Below are positions 25,126 through 33,970 of a stretch of DNA of 34,094 nucleotides, one piece after another. A program made the position numbers and the translations under genes. Location of the stretch: positions 1 through 34,094 of the forward strand of contig CAYIFO010000003.1 in NCBI GenBank assembly GCA_964362725.1, written 5' to 3'. A model generated the notes under the pieces. The model saw only the letters and a list, made by a program, of their open reading frames with translations. It did no database searches and was not told where the DNA came from. This DNA comes from an uncultured Candidatus Saccharibacteria bacterium. GTDB taxonomy: Bacteria; Patescibacteriota; Minisyncoccia; Phycocordibacterales; PALSA-1337. Numbering within the stretch: position 1 is the first letter of the stretch; each line of letters starts with the position of its first letter.

Positions 25126-26256
25126 ATGAAAAAAATTATTTGGTGGATTGTGGGGATTGTGGTCATAGTCCTTATCGTTCTGGCTTTGACCAACAAAAAG
25201 CCTTCTGAAACGGGATCGATTAAGATTGGGTGGATATCTGATTTATCTGGACCTCAAGCTAAATATGGAGCGTTTGAAGCTGGAACATTAGCAATGGAGG
25301 AGATTAATAAAAATGGTGGAATTAACGGCAGACCCCTAAAGATAATTTTTGAGGATGGAAAATGCAATGGAACTGCTGCTGTAAATGCAATGCAAAAACT
25401 AGTAAATATAGATAAAGTAAACGTGGTTCTGGGTGGTCATTGTTCGCCAGAAAGTTTGGCGATTGCCCCGATTGCAGAAAAGAATCATGTAATAATGCTT
25501 GCTTCAATCACTACTAGTCCCGGGTTAACAAAGGCCGGAGATTACATATTTCGAACATCGCCCATTTCGACAGTCCAATCGGGCATACTAGCCAAATACA
25601 TGACAGAAAAACTCGGACTTAAGAACGTTGGGATTATCTACGAACAGACTGATTACGCGAGACCAATAGCCGAAGGGTTGAAACAAAGTTTTGAAACTAA
25701 CGGCGGACAGGTTATAGCGTCCGAAGCATACAATCCCGGTTCTAACGATTTTCGAACAATTATTTTAAAGATCAAGGCATTAAAACCTGATGCTGTATTT
25801 GTCTCACCGCAAAGTCCTGATGCCGGAATGAATATCCTTAAGCAGATAAATGAATTAGGTCTCAATACAAAAATATTTGGCAATGATGTCTTGGCTAACA
25901 TGATTAATATTCAAAAAGAACCAAATCTTTTTGAGGGTTTGATTCTCGCTCAACCCGATTTTGACGAGAGCGCCAATTTACTAACAAAGAAATTCGTTGA
26001 TGCGTATAGTATACGATTTAATACAACGGCAATACCGTACGGAGTATGGACCGCCGAGTCATATGATGCCGTCTATATCATTTCCAAGGCAATTGAACAA
26101 GAGGGTGATAGTGCTGACGGAATAAGAGATTATCTTAAAAATTTGAAAGATTATAGTGGTGCTTCTGGTCTGATAAATTTCGATTCTAATGGCGATGGGA
26201 TTAGAAATTATGCGCTCCGCTTGATTACTGGAGGGAAAATAATAAAACTTCAATAA
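25126..26256 (+). CDS. ABC transporter substrate-binding protein, branched-chain amino acid (LivJ/K-like) type, paralog 1
   Basis: N-terminal TM anchor with no lipobox Cys, then 'IKIGWISDLSGPQAKYG', 'INKNGGINGRPL' and 'AGDYIFRTSP'. These are typical Peripla_BP_6 blocks. Confidence 0.85.
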   Translation: MKKIIWWIVGIVVIVLIVLALTNKKPSETGSIKIGWISDLSGPQAKYGAFEAGTLAMEEINKNGGINGRPLKIIFEDGKCNGTAAVNAMQKLVNIDKVNVVLGGHCSPESLAIAPIAEKNHVIMLASITTSPGLTKAGDYIFRTSPISTVQSGILAKYMTEKLGLKNVGIIYEQTDYARPIAEGLKQSFETNGGQVIASEAYNPGSNDFRTIILKIKALKPDAVFVSPQSPDAGMNILKQINELGLNTKIFGNDVLANMINIQKEPNLFEGLILAQPDFDESANLLTKKFVDAYSIRFNTTAIPYGVWTAESYDAVYIISKAIEQEGDSADGIRDYLKNLKDYSGASGLINFDSNGDGIRNYALRLITGGKIIKLQ

Positions 26257-26269
26257 GTACTTCACGACA

Positions 26270-26295
26270 AAAACCGCTCCTCACCAGACGGTTTT
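26270..26295 (+). terminator. weak intercistronic hairpin / partial terminator
   Basis: AAAACCG, a 12-nt loop, CGGTTTT, then T, lying between the binding-protein gene and livH. There are only three G:C pairs, so at best this is an attenuating structure. Confidence 0.3.
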
Positions 26296-26321
26296 TGTTG
26301 TATAGTAAAGGAGAAAGTTTT

Positions 26322-27188
26322 ATGGAAATCCTCCCCCAATTGATAGTCAACTCGATCATCGCCGGAGCGATCTACGCGATGGTGGCTTTGGGTTTCAACC
26401 TCATTTACGGCACCGCCAAATTTTTTGACCTGGGTTACGTGGCCTTGGCGGCCGTGGGCGGTTATGCCGTTTTTTATTTTTACAAAAACCTGGGTTTGGA
26501 CCTTTATCTTTCGATAATTCTGGGGATTGCCATTGCCGGAGCTATCGGCTTTCTTATTTACCGCCTGGTCTACTCGCCACTCCGAGCCAGGAAATCATCG
26601 GGTATGGTCCTTCTGGTGGCCGCTTTGGGAGTAATGACCGCTCTCCAGGCTATTGTCGCTATCCTTTTCACCAGTCAATTCCAGACTTTGTCCAGAAATG
26701 CCGGTTATGAACGGGTCTTCAATGTTTTGGGAGGCGTTATTACCCAGACCCAGGTCATCATCTTGATTTTGGGAATAGTGATAATGATCGGCATCGCTCT
26801 GGTCTTCCGCTATACTCTTTTCGGCAAGGCTATCAAAGCCATAGGCGATGATGAAGAGGTTTCGAAAATAGTCGGCATCAATACCGGATGGATCATCGGC
26901 TGGGTGTTTTTCATCGGTTCAGCCATTGCCGGCTTGGCCGGTATCTTGGTCGGTTTTGACACGGGCATAGAGCCGACCATGGGTCTGTCCCTGCTTTTGA
27001 AGGGAGTGATCGCCTCTATTATCGGCGGTATAGGTAATGTTTACGGCGGTGTCCTGGGAGGCTTTCTTCTGGGCTTTATCGAAAACTTCGGCATCTGGAA
27101 AATTTCGGGAGAGTGGAAGGATGCCATAGCTTTTGGAGTTCTGATTATTTTCCTATTGTTCAGGCCGAAAGGGATTTTGAGAAGGTGA
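26322..27188 (+). CDS. livH: branched-chain amino acid ABC transporter permease
   Basis: 'LIVNSIIAGAIYAMVALGFNLIYG' is the LivH N-terminal signature, and the protein is multi-pass hydrophobic. AAGGAG at 26308-26313 precedes ATG 26322; the track start at 26295 is less likely. Confidence 0.9.
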   Translation: MEILPQLIVNSIIAGAIYAMVALGFNLIYGTAKFFDLGYVALAAVGGYAVFYFYKNLGLDLYLSIILGIAIAGAIGFLIYRLVYSPLRARKSSGMVLLVAALGVMTALQAIVAILFTSQFQTLSRNAGYERVFNVLGGVITQTQVIILILGIVIMIGIALVFRYTLFGKAIKAIGDDEEVSKIVGINTGWIIGWVFFIGSAIAGLAGILVGFDTGIEPTMGLSLLLKGVIASIIGGIGNVYGGVLGGFLLGFIENFGIWKISGEWKDAIAFGVLIIFLLFRPKGILRR

Positions 27189-27189
27189 G

Positions 27190-27272
27190 GAACATCTGTT
27201 CAAACTAAAGAACATAATTTTCAAGCTATAGAACATAATGTTCAAGCTAGGGAACATAATTGACAGCTGAAA
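27190..27272. repeat. four tandem ~21-bp direct repeats (GAACATaaTGTTCAAgCTA-like)
   Basis: Units: GAACATCTGTTCAAACTAAA / GAACATAATTTTCAAGCTATA / GAACATAATGTTCAAGCTAGG / GAACATAATTGACAGCTGAAA. They begin 2 nt after the livH stop. The 21-bp period equals two helical turns. Unit 1 contains the perfect palindrome GAACATCTGTTC. Confidence 0.85.
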
Positions 27273-27287
27273 TTGAGGTTATATAAT
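27260..27287 (+). promoter_or_regulatory. consensus sigma70 promoter for the AAA ATPase gene
   Basis: TTGACA (27260-27265, inside repeat unit 4), 16 nt, TATAAT (27282-27287), 40 nt upstream of ATG 27328. Confidence 0.6.
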
Positions 27288-27327
27288 AAATGATATCGTA
27301 ATCGCATTTGTTATAAATGGTCAAAAT

Positions 27328-28470
27328 ATGATTATATTTCAACGCGAAAACTACATACCAATACTGGAAAAGCTCTATAAAGGCAAGATTATTATCATAT
27401 ACGGTCCAAGACAGGTCGGAAAGACGACCTTATGCAAAGAGATTCAAAAGAAGTATCCAAATAGTAAAATAGTGGTTTGCGATGATCCTGTCGTTGCGAA
27501 GAATTTAGAACCAAGATCTATAGAAGAATTGATGAAGTATTTCGGCAATGAGAGTTTGATTATAATTGACGAGGCGCAAAGAGTGGAGAATATTGGCTTA
27601 ACTCTCAAAATAATTTCCGATAATCGCAATGATATTCAAGTGATCGCGACAGGTTCATCGTCGTTTGATTTGGCTAATAAAGTAAATGAGCCATTAACTG
27701 GTAGGAATTGGAAATTTTATCTTTTCCCATTATCAATCAAAGAACTATCGTTGGTATATGGTGGAGGATTGAAGAGTAAATTATCGGATTTGCTGGTTTT
27801 CGGTTCATATCCTGAAGTTGTCTCCGTTGAAGACAATAAGAAAGAGATTTTGACTACCTTATCAAGTGATTATTTATACAAAGACTTGCTTTCTTACGAA
27901 GGTATCAGGAAGCCAAAGGTCATCTTTGACTTACTAAGATTATTGGCTTTACAGGTTGGCAATGAAGTCTCTTACAATGAAATCGCTAGAACCTTATCGG
28001 TTAATAGAGAGACAGTTCGTTCGTATATTGATATATTAGAACAGGCCTTTATTATTTTTACCGTTTCTCCGTTGCATAAGAATAAGAGAAAAGAAATAAG
28101 CCGTCTAAATAAAATATATTTTTATGATAACGGCATCAGGAATGCTCTGATAGATAACTTTGAGCCATTGGAGAAAAGAACTGATGTAGGGGTATTATTT
28201 GAAAATTTCTTTGTATCTGAGAAGATGAAAAGGCGCTACAGTAATGGTTCTTTGGGCAAAATATATTTTTGGAGAACAAAACAGGGTCAGGAGATTGATC
28301 TTGTCGAAGAATACAAGGGTGGCGAGGAATATAAGATATTTGAATGTAAATGGAGAGATCAAATTCAAAAAATTCCGCCGATGTGGCAAAAAGGATACAA
28401 AAATTTTGAGGCCAAATTGATTCATAAAGATAATATTATAGATTATTTCTTAAACCATGAAACTGTCTAA
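27328..28470 (+). CDS. AAA family ATPase (AAA_14 + DUF4143-type)
   Basis: The opening 'RENYIPILEKLYKGKIIIIYGPRQVGKTTL' (Walker A) and 'LIIIDEAQRV' (Walker B), with a ~380-aa length, are typical of the AAA_14/DUF4143 'ATP-binding protein' family. It is markedly more AT-rich than the flanking livH and livM. Confidence 0.8.
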   Translation: MIIFQRENYIPILEKLYKGKIIIIYGPRQVGKTTLCKEIQKKYPNSKIVVCDDPVVAKNLEPRSIEELMKYFGNESLIIIDEAQRVENIGLTLKIISDNRNDIQVIATGSSSFDLANKVNEPLTGRNWKFYLFPLSIKELSLVYGGGLKSKLSDLLVFGSYPEVVSVEDNKKEILTTLSSDYLYKDLLSYEGIRKPKVIFDLLRLLALQVGNEVSYNEIARTLSVNRETVRSYIDILEQAFIIFTVSPLHKNKRKEISRLNKIYFYDNGIRNALIDNFEPLEKRTDVGVLFENFFVSEKMKRRYSNGSLGKIYFWRTKQGQEIDLVEEYKGGEEYKIFECKWRDQIQKIPPMWQKGYKNFEAKLIHKDNIIDYFLNHETV

Positions 28471-28505
28471 TAAAATAGTCCCATAAAATCTATTCATCAC
28501 GAAAC

Positions 28506-29372
28506 ATGGAATATCTTATCCACATCGCCATACTGATCTCAATATATGCCATCTTAGGTCTCTCTTTGAACTTAGTCGTTGGCTATGCAGGTCTTTTGAG
28601 TATCACGCAGGCGGCTTTTTACGGGATTGGCGCCTATACCACGGCTATTCTGCTGACTTCCACCGGCCTGAATTTCTTCTTGGCTTTGATTATTGGAATA
28701 ATTATTACGGCCATTTGCAGTCTGGCTATCGGTTTTGTTCTTTCCAAATTCAAGGATGACTACTATGCTCTCGGTTCCTTCGGTTTCAACGTGATTATTT
28801 ACAGCATATTCTTGAATTGGCAATCGCTGACCCGAGGTCCGCTCGGCATTCCGGGCATTCCCCGACCGTCACTCTTCGGCTTTACATTTTCCGAAAATAT
28901 CTGGTTCCTTGTTTTGTCCATTACCTTTCTTGTTCTCGTGTATTTCATATCCCGATTTATCACCGGTTCATCTTTCGGACGCGTGTTGAAGTCGATCCGC
29001 GAAGATGAAGAAGCCATATCGGTCTTCGGTTACCGCGCCCTCTGGTACAAACTGACCGTTTTTGTAATTTCAGCCGGAATGGCGGCCGTGGCCGGTTCGC
29101 TCTTCGCCGTTTATATAACCTTTATCGACCCTTCGTCATTTACTCTGACAGAATCGATATTCATCCTGGCTATTATCATCCTGGGCGGTCTGGCGAATAA
29201 CAAAGGCGCCATGATCGGTGCCGCCTGTTTGATTCTTCTGCCGGAAATCCTGCGCTTCGTCGGCTTTCCCAACGACATTGCTGCCCAGATGCGCCAGGTG
29301 ACTTACGGTGTTATACTGATACTGCTCATGCTTTACAGACCGCAGGGGCTGGTGGGGGAGTATAGGTTGTGA
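28506..29372 (+). CDS. livM: branched-chain amino acid ABC transporter permease
   Basis: 'YAILGLSLNLVVGYAGLLSITQAAFYGIGAY' is the LivM signature (L-N-x-x-x-G-x-x-G-x-x-S-x-G-x-A-A-F-x-G-x-G-A-Y). Multi-pass hydrophobic protein. Confidence 0.9.
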   Translation: MEYLIHIAILISIYAILGLSLNLVVGYAGLLSITQAAFYGIGAYTTAILLTSTGLNFFLALIIGIIITAICSLAIGFVLSKFKDDYYALGSFGFNVIIYSIFLNWQSLTRGPLGIPGIPRPSLFGFTFSENIWFLVLSITFLVLVYFISRFITGSSFGRVLKSIREDEEAISVFGYRALWYKLTVFVISAGMAAVAGSLFAVYITFIDPSSFTLTESIFILAIIILGGLANNKGAMIGAACLILLPEILRFVGFPNDIAAQMRQVTYGVILILLMLYRPQGLVGEYRL

Positions 29373-29453
29373 AATCAATATCATCCAACATCATATTGAT
29401 TATGAGTAAATAGTGGAGTATCGCGATATTATTAGCAGTTTTCAATTATATAC

Positions 29454-30578
29454 ATGACCAAATCAACCAAAACCATATTATGGATTGTCGGTATTGTTAT
29501 AATCGTTGCCGTCGCGATTGCGGCCACGCGAGATTCAAATACCGATACGGGTCCGATAAAGATTGGGTTTATAGGGCCGCTTACTGGTGACGCGGCTGCC
29601 TACGGTGCCGACACTATTGAAGCGGCTAAAATCGCCCAAGATGAGATAAATAATTCAGGCGGTATAAATGGTAGGCAGATAAAAATTATACAAGAAGATG
29701 GTAAATGCCAAGCTAAGGATGGTCTAAGTGCGGCTCAGAAACTCATTACTGTCGATCAGGTTAAATTCATGGTCACTTCAAGTTGCAGTGGAGAGCTGTT
29801 GGGCTACTCAAATATTGCCGAACAGAATAAAGTTCTAGTGCTGAATTCTCTGGCTTCGAGCCCCAAAATTACCACAGCCGGAGATTATATTTTCCGAAAC
29901 GATCCGAATGATAACGACGGTGGAAAACAATTAGCTGATTTGGTTACAAAAAAATACAAAAAAGTGGCTGTTATCACGGAAAATACCGAATTTTCACAAG
30001 GCATAAAGCAAGTCTTCGTCGATACTTTCACCAGAAATGGCGGGATAGTTGTGTCTGACGAAGTTTATGCTCCGGAATCGACAGACTTCCGATCTATTGT
30101 TCTTAAAATCAAAGATACCAATCCTGATGCGGTTTTCCTTAATCCTCAAGCCCCGGCAAACGGTGTTCGTTTGGCAAATCAGATGCGGCAACAAGGTATG
30201 AATCAACAGCTGTATTTAGTTTATATGAGTGGTCCCGAGGTTGCCAAGGATGGAGCAATGCAAGGTGCCTATATCATGGATGCTCCAGGATTTATAGGCG
30301 GTTCTGGTCAAAAGCTTCTGGAAAAATTTAAAAGCGTAACTAATCGGGAGCCGGGTTATCCCTATTTTGTCGGCGCTACATACGACGCGGTCTATATCTT
30401 AGCCCAAGCGATAAAAACTGTCGGAGACGATCCGACAAAAGTGAAAGAGTATCTATATAAAATGCCAGACTACACTGGAACAGTCGGTACATATCATTTT
30501 GACCAGAATGGCGATCTTGTCGGCGTTAATTATGTGGTACGGCAGGTCGTTAATCAAAAAACCGTCGAGGTCCAATAG
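29454..30578 (+). CDS. ABC substrate-binding protein, LivJ/K-like, paralog 2
   Basis: TM anchor, 'IKIGFIGPLTGDAAAYG', 'INNSGGINGRQI', 'AGDYIFRNDP', 'NPDAVFLNPQ'. Clearly paralogous to the protein at 25126..26256. Confidence 0.85.
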   Translation: MTKSTKTILWIVGIVIIVAVAIAATRDSNTDTGPIKIGFIGPLTGDAAAYGADTIEAAKIAQDEINNSGGINGRQIKIIQEDGKCQAKDGLSAAQKLITVDQVKFMVTSSCSGELLGYSNIAEQNKVLVLNSLASSPKITTAGDYIFRNDPNDNDGGKQLADLVTKKYKKVAVITENTEFSQGIKQVFVDTFTRNGGIVVSDEVYAPESTDFRSIVLKIKDTNPDAVFLNPQAPANGVRLANQMRQQGMNQQLYLVYMSGPEVAKDGAMQGAYIMDAPGFIGGSGQKLLEKFKSVTNREPGYPYFVGATYDAVYILAQAIKTVGDDPTKVKEYLYKMPDYTGTVGTYHFDQNGDLVGVNYVVRQVVNQKTVEVQ

Positions 30579-30602
30579 TTGCAAAATCGCAGATATACTG
30601 TT

Positions 30603-31706
30603 ATGAAAAACAATAGATTCATTTGGATAGTAATTATAGCAATCATTGTTGTTGGGGTTGTCATTTTCTTTTCAAATAACAATAATGACGCAAAAACCAT
30701 TAAAATCGGAGTATCAGTCGCAATGACCGGATCAGCGGCCTACATCGGTGAATCCTATACAACTGGTCTCAAAGCCGCACAAAAAGAAATTAATGCCCAA
30801 GGTGGCATAAACGGAAAGTCGATTGAGCTTCTCATTGAGGACAACAAGAATAATGCCCAAGAAGGAATAACTGTTTTTAGAAAGCTCGAATTGCAAAAAC
30901 CGGACTTATTCATAACGACAATGTCGACGCCAAGTATCCCAATTTCGCCGCTGGTCAAGCAGGCCGGGATTCCCCTGTTTGTTTCGGTTGTTTTTGCGGA
31001 CATCACATCAAAAAATGAAAATTCAGTTAGCTTCTTTCCGACGCCAGACAATGACGCCCGCGCCACCATTCAAGATATGGTTATAAATCATGTGAATAAA
31101 GTCGGAGTGTTGTATCTAAATTCAGAATATGGCCAGGCTAGTCTGACATCATTCTTGAAAGAGGCTAAGCAAAATAATATTAGCGTTATAAGCAAGGAAG
31201 CTTTCTTGAATGGCATAACGGATTACTCGACACCATTGGCGAAAGTGTTGGCGACGAAGCCCCAAGCCATTTATATTATAGCTGTTGCTTCGACCCCCAT
31301 TATTAAACAAGCGAAGACGATGAATTCATCAGTTGTCATATATGCAAATCTATTACCGATATTTGGAAATCTTGTAAATCAAGACAAAAGTACTTTTGAA
31401 GGCGTTCACCTGACGGCGTCTACCGTTTCGATTCCAGGCACGACAGAATATAATCAGATTCGAAATCAACTAAAAGATGTTGATCCGACAAACACTCTCG
31501 GATATGCCGCTGTTGGTTATGACAATCTTTATTCTATAAAAGCCGTCCTTACCAAAGATCCGAACACAAAAGACTTTGTTCAGACATTTTCGCGGTTTGG
31601 GCCATTTAGCGGTATTGGCGGATCTTTCATTTTGGATAGTAGAAATGTCGGAATGGTTCTTTATCCGGTCATATTCAAAAACGGTGTAATTCAGGAGGTC
31701 AAATAA
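30603..31706 (+). CDS. ABC substrate-binding protein, LivJ/K-like, paralog 3
   Basis: TM anchor 'FIWIVIIAIIVVGVVIFF', 'IKIGVSVAMTGSAAYIG', 'INAQGGINGKSIEL'. ATG 30603 is preferred over the track's TTG at 30579, which abuts the previous stop. Confidence 0.8.
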   Translation: MKNNRFIWIVIIAIIVVGVVIFFSNNNNDAKTIKIGVSVAMTGSAAYIGESYTTGLKAAQKEINAQGGINGKSIELLIEDNKNNAQEGITVFRKLELQKPDLFITTMSTPSIPISPLVKQAGIPLFVSVVFADITSKNENSVSFFPTPDNDARATIQDMVINHVNKVGVLYLNSEYGQASLTSFLKEAKQNNISVISKEAFLNGITDYSTPLAKVLATKPQAIYIIAVASTPIIKQAKTMNSSVVIYANLLPIFGNLVNQDKSTFEGVHLTASTVSIPGTTEYNQIRNQLKDVDPTNTLGYAAVGYDNLYSIKAVLTKDPNTKDFVQTFSRFGPFSGIGGSFILDSRNVGMVLYPVIFKNGVIQEVK

Positions 31707-31869
31707 TATGGTGGCTGTTGCGTAAAGAACTATAAAGATCACCCGACCTTGACGAGAGACTCTGTGTGCGGGGCATGCTCGGGCAACCGTTTTTCATATC
31801 GTACAATATGTCTTGACAACCGCAAGTAGGCATGTTAACGTATCAAGCGAACATTGAACATTTCCAATT

Positions 31870-32670
31870 ATGAACATAAACGTCTACGCTCATAAACCGG
31901 GGCCCGTGAGCAAGGCCTTTTTGCAAGTCGTCGGTCTGACCGATGTCAACCTGGTCGAGGTCGCCGATCAAAAGTTGGCTGACATCGTCCTCCTCACGGG
32001 ATCGGATGACCTTCGCGCTCTCTACAACAAGGAGCAAATGTTTTGCGTACTCTCGCTTCCTAGGCAACGAGTTGCCCAAAATCAGCCGGAGAACGTTTGT
32101 CTGCTTGACAGTCTCAAGCTTTTCGAGGACACCAATGGCATTCCTCACCTCCTCGAACTGATCGAGAAACGCAGTAAAACCGCACCCGACAACGCCACTC
32201 CCAAAGTGGAACTTCCGAAATTCTCCGATGTCGCCACCTTCAAGAAGCGTTACTCCGTTCTAGTCATCGACGACACGGAGCAGAATCTCCACATCGCCGA
32301 GTCTGTCCTCGAAAGGCACTCTGTGACGGTCGTTGGATCGCTACGAGATGCCATGGTCAAGATTGGCCAGCAGCATTTCGACGCAGTCCTTACCGACATG
32401 GAAATGCCTCCGGACAAGCACTACTCCTCGCTTAACCTCGATCATTACGCGGTCGACGAGAATGTCCCGTACGGCTTCGCAGTCGTCCTGGAAATGACCG
32501 AGCGGGGAATGCCTGTCGCAGTCGTGACCGACGGCAACCACCATGAGGGCTGGGTGTCGGCGATGTTCGATCACATCAAAGGTGCTACCGTGAATGGACA
32601 GAAGGTTCTATTTTTTAACGGCATCGGTAAACGGTGGGATACGGCGCTCAAGCGCCTAATGGAGGAATAA
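31870..32670 (+). CDS. receiver (REC)-like domain protein with unknown N-terminal domain
   Basis: 'YSVLVIDDTEQNLHIAESVL......FDAVLTDMEMP' has the acidic pair and phospho-acceptor Asp pattern of CheY-like receivers. The later part is atypical (long insertion before 'PVAVVTDG'). No output domain is recognised. The gene is far more GC-rich than its neighbours. Confidence 0.55.
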   Translation: MNINVYAHKPGPVSKAFLQVVGLTDVNLVEVADQKLADIVLLTGSDDLRALYNKEQMFCVLSLPRQRVAQNQPENVCLLDSLKLFEDTNGIPHLLELIEKRSKTAPDNATPKVELPKFSDVATFKKRYSVLVIDDTEQNLHIAESVLERHSVTVVGSLRDAMVKIGQQHFDAVLTDMEMPPDKHYSSLNLDHYAVDENVPYGFAVVLEMTERGMPVAVVTDGNHHEGWVSAMFDHIKGATVNGQKVLFFNGIGKRWDTALKRLMEE

Positions 32671-32694
32671 CCTCCCGAACTTTTGAGATTACAA

Positions 32695-32730
32695 CGCGCA
32701 GTTGGCCTCGGCTGACTGCGCGGTTTTGTT
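32695..32730 (+). terminator. rho-independent terminator
   Basis: CGCGCAGT (32695-32702), a 12-nt loop, ACTGCGCG (32715-32722), then GTTTTGTTT, 25 nt after the REC-like stop. Confidence 0.7.
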
Positions 32731-32800
32731 TACAAATACTAATTTTAATGCAATGATAATATGAAGTATTTTTATTAACTAGTTAAAACAAATTTTGATT

Positions 32801-33859
32801 ATGAATAATAAATTTCTTTGGATAGTACTTGCAGTAATTATTGTTGTATTGATTGCCATTGCAGTCAAATCACCAAGACCTGCTACAAATAACTCTTTTA
32901 CAGTTGGGGCGGTGCTACCTCTGACAGGACCCGCGGCTCTGTGGGGCGAAACAGTAAAAAATGGTATGGAGTTAGCGCTTGAAAAAAAGACGGGTATAAA
33001 TGTGATTTATGAAGATAGCAAGTCTACTGCAGCTGACGGCGTTTCTGCGTATAATCTGCTTCAAAACAAAGGGGTTGATCTTACGGTATCGGAATTATCT
33101 CTAGTCGCTGTTCCGCTTTCAAAAATTGCTTTGGAAAGGAAGTTGCCTCTACTGGTCTCGTTGGTTGCCACTGAACATTCAAAAATAGTCAATGACTATA
33201 CGACAAGGTATTATACTGATCCGACAAACTATGCCATGCCGGCTTTCACCGATCCACTATCCCCGGTTATTAAAGCAAAGAAAATAGCTTTACTAAATAG
33301 AAATGATGAACTTGGTGTTTCCGTAAAAGATAAGATTGTGGAATTAAGCGCGACAAATAATAAGGAAATCGTAATACAGGAATCGTTTACGCCAAACGAA
33401 AAAGATTATCGCACGATTCTGACGAAAATCAAGAATTCAGGAGCGGATGTGTTTATCTTTGTTGTCGCTAATCCACTTGAAGCGGTTGGTATAGTCAAGA
33501 CAGCCAATGAGCTGAATATCGATATACCCATGGTTGAATCATCCGCGGTGTTTGCTGATCTGGATACTCGGAAGCAGGCTGGAGATATAACATTCTTCTC
33601 AAGTTCGTATGATTTTTCATTACCAAGTAAAGCTGTGGATTTCAAGGTCGCATATAAGGCAAAATTCGGAAAAGAGCCTAACTTCGGCTCAGCCTTCGGT
33701 TACGACATCGTTAATCTAATTGATGTTTGTAAGAATAAAAAAGAGGCTGTTCGAGAATGTTTGTCTGGAGTAAATCAGAATGATGGTGTTGCTGGTACCG
33801 CAAGACAAGTAGCCCCGGGAGACTTTGTTGTTCCGATGCATTTGGAGAAGGTGAATTAG
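32801..33859 (+). CDS. ABC substrate-binding protein, LivJ/K-like, paralog 4
   Basis: TM anchor 'FLWIVLAVIIVVLIAIAV', 'FTVGAVLPLTGPAALWG', 'YRTILTKIKNSGADVFIFV'. It is more divergent than paralogs 1-3. ATG 32801 is preferred over TTG 32795. Confidence 0.8.
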   Translation: MNNKFLWIVLAVIIVVLIAIAVKSPRPATNNSFTVGAVLPLTGPAALWGETVKNGMELALEKKTGINVIYEDSKSTAADGVSAYNLLQNKGVDLTVSELSLVAVPLSKIALERKLPLLVSLVATEHSKIVNDYTTRYYTDPTNYAMPAFTDPLSPVIKAKKIALLNRNDELGVSVKDKIVELSATNNKEIVIQESFTPNEKDYRTILTKIKNSGADVFIFVVANPLEAVGIVKTANELNIDIPMVESSAVFADLDTRKQAGDITFFSSSYDFSLPSKAVDFKVAYKAKFGKEPNFGSAFGYDIVNLIDVCKNKKEAVRECLSGVNQNDGVAGTARQVAPGDFVVPMHLEKVN

Positions 33860-33935
33860 GAATGGATTGAATTATGCGGAAAATACCCTCTAAATCCGAG
33901 CAGCTGATTTTTTGACGCCCTCCCCTGGTCATTAT

Positions 33936-33970
33936 GTCAAGGGTACTGACAAATTATCCGTACCCTTGAC
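33936..33970. repeat. perfect 11-bp inverted repeat (hairpin or protein-binding site)
   Basis: GTCAAGGGTAC (33936-33946), 13 nt, GTACCCTTGAC (33960-33970). It lies in the non-coding stretch after paralog 4, and no T-run follows it. Confidence 0.6.

Noticed and set aside
27190-27201. GAACATCTGTTC as a genuine LexA (Cheo) box implying SOS control of the ATPase
   Set aside because: Only unit 1 of the four repeats has the exact GAAC-N4-GTTC spacing; the others have N5 or degenerate right halves. The element is better described as a 21-bp iteron-like array. It is kept as an alternative hypothesis inside the finding, not called as a LexA site.
29373-29401. AATCAATAT-N11-ATATTGATT inverted repeat after livM as a terminator
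   Set aside because: The stem is 9 bp with a single G:C pair, so stability is very low, and there is no T-run. It is probably a compositional artefact of an AT-rich spacer.
31849-31877. Three GAACAT hexamers just upstream of and at the start of the REC-like gene, possibly related to the GAACAT-initiated 21-bp repeats at 27190
   Set aside because: Their spacing (7 and 16 nt) does not match the 21-bp period, one copy lies in the coding sequence, and the flanking bases differ. A 6-mer is too short to argue homology.
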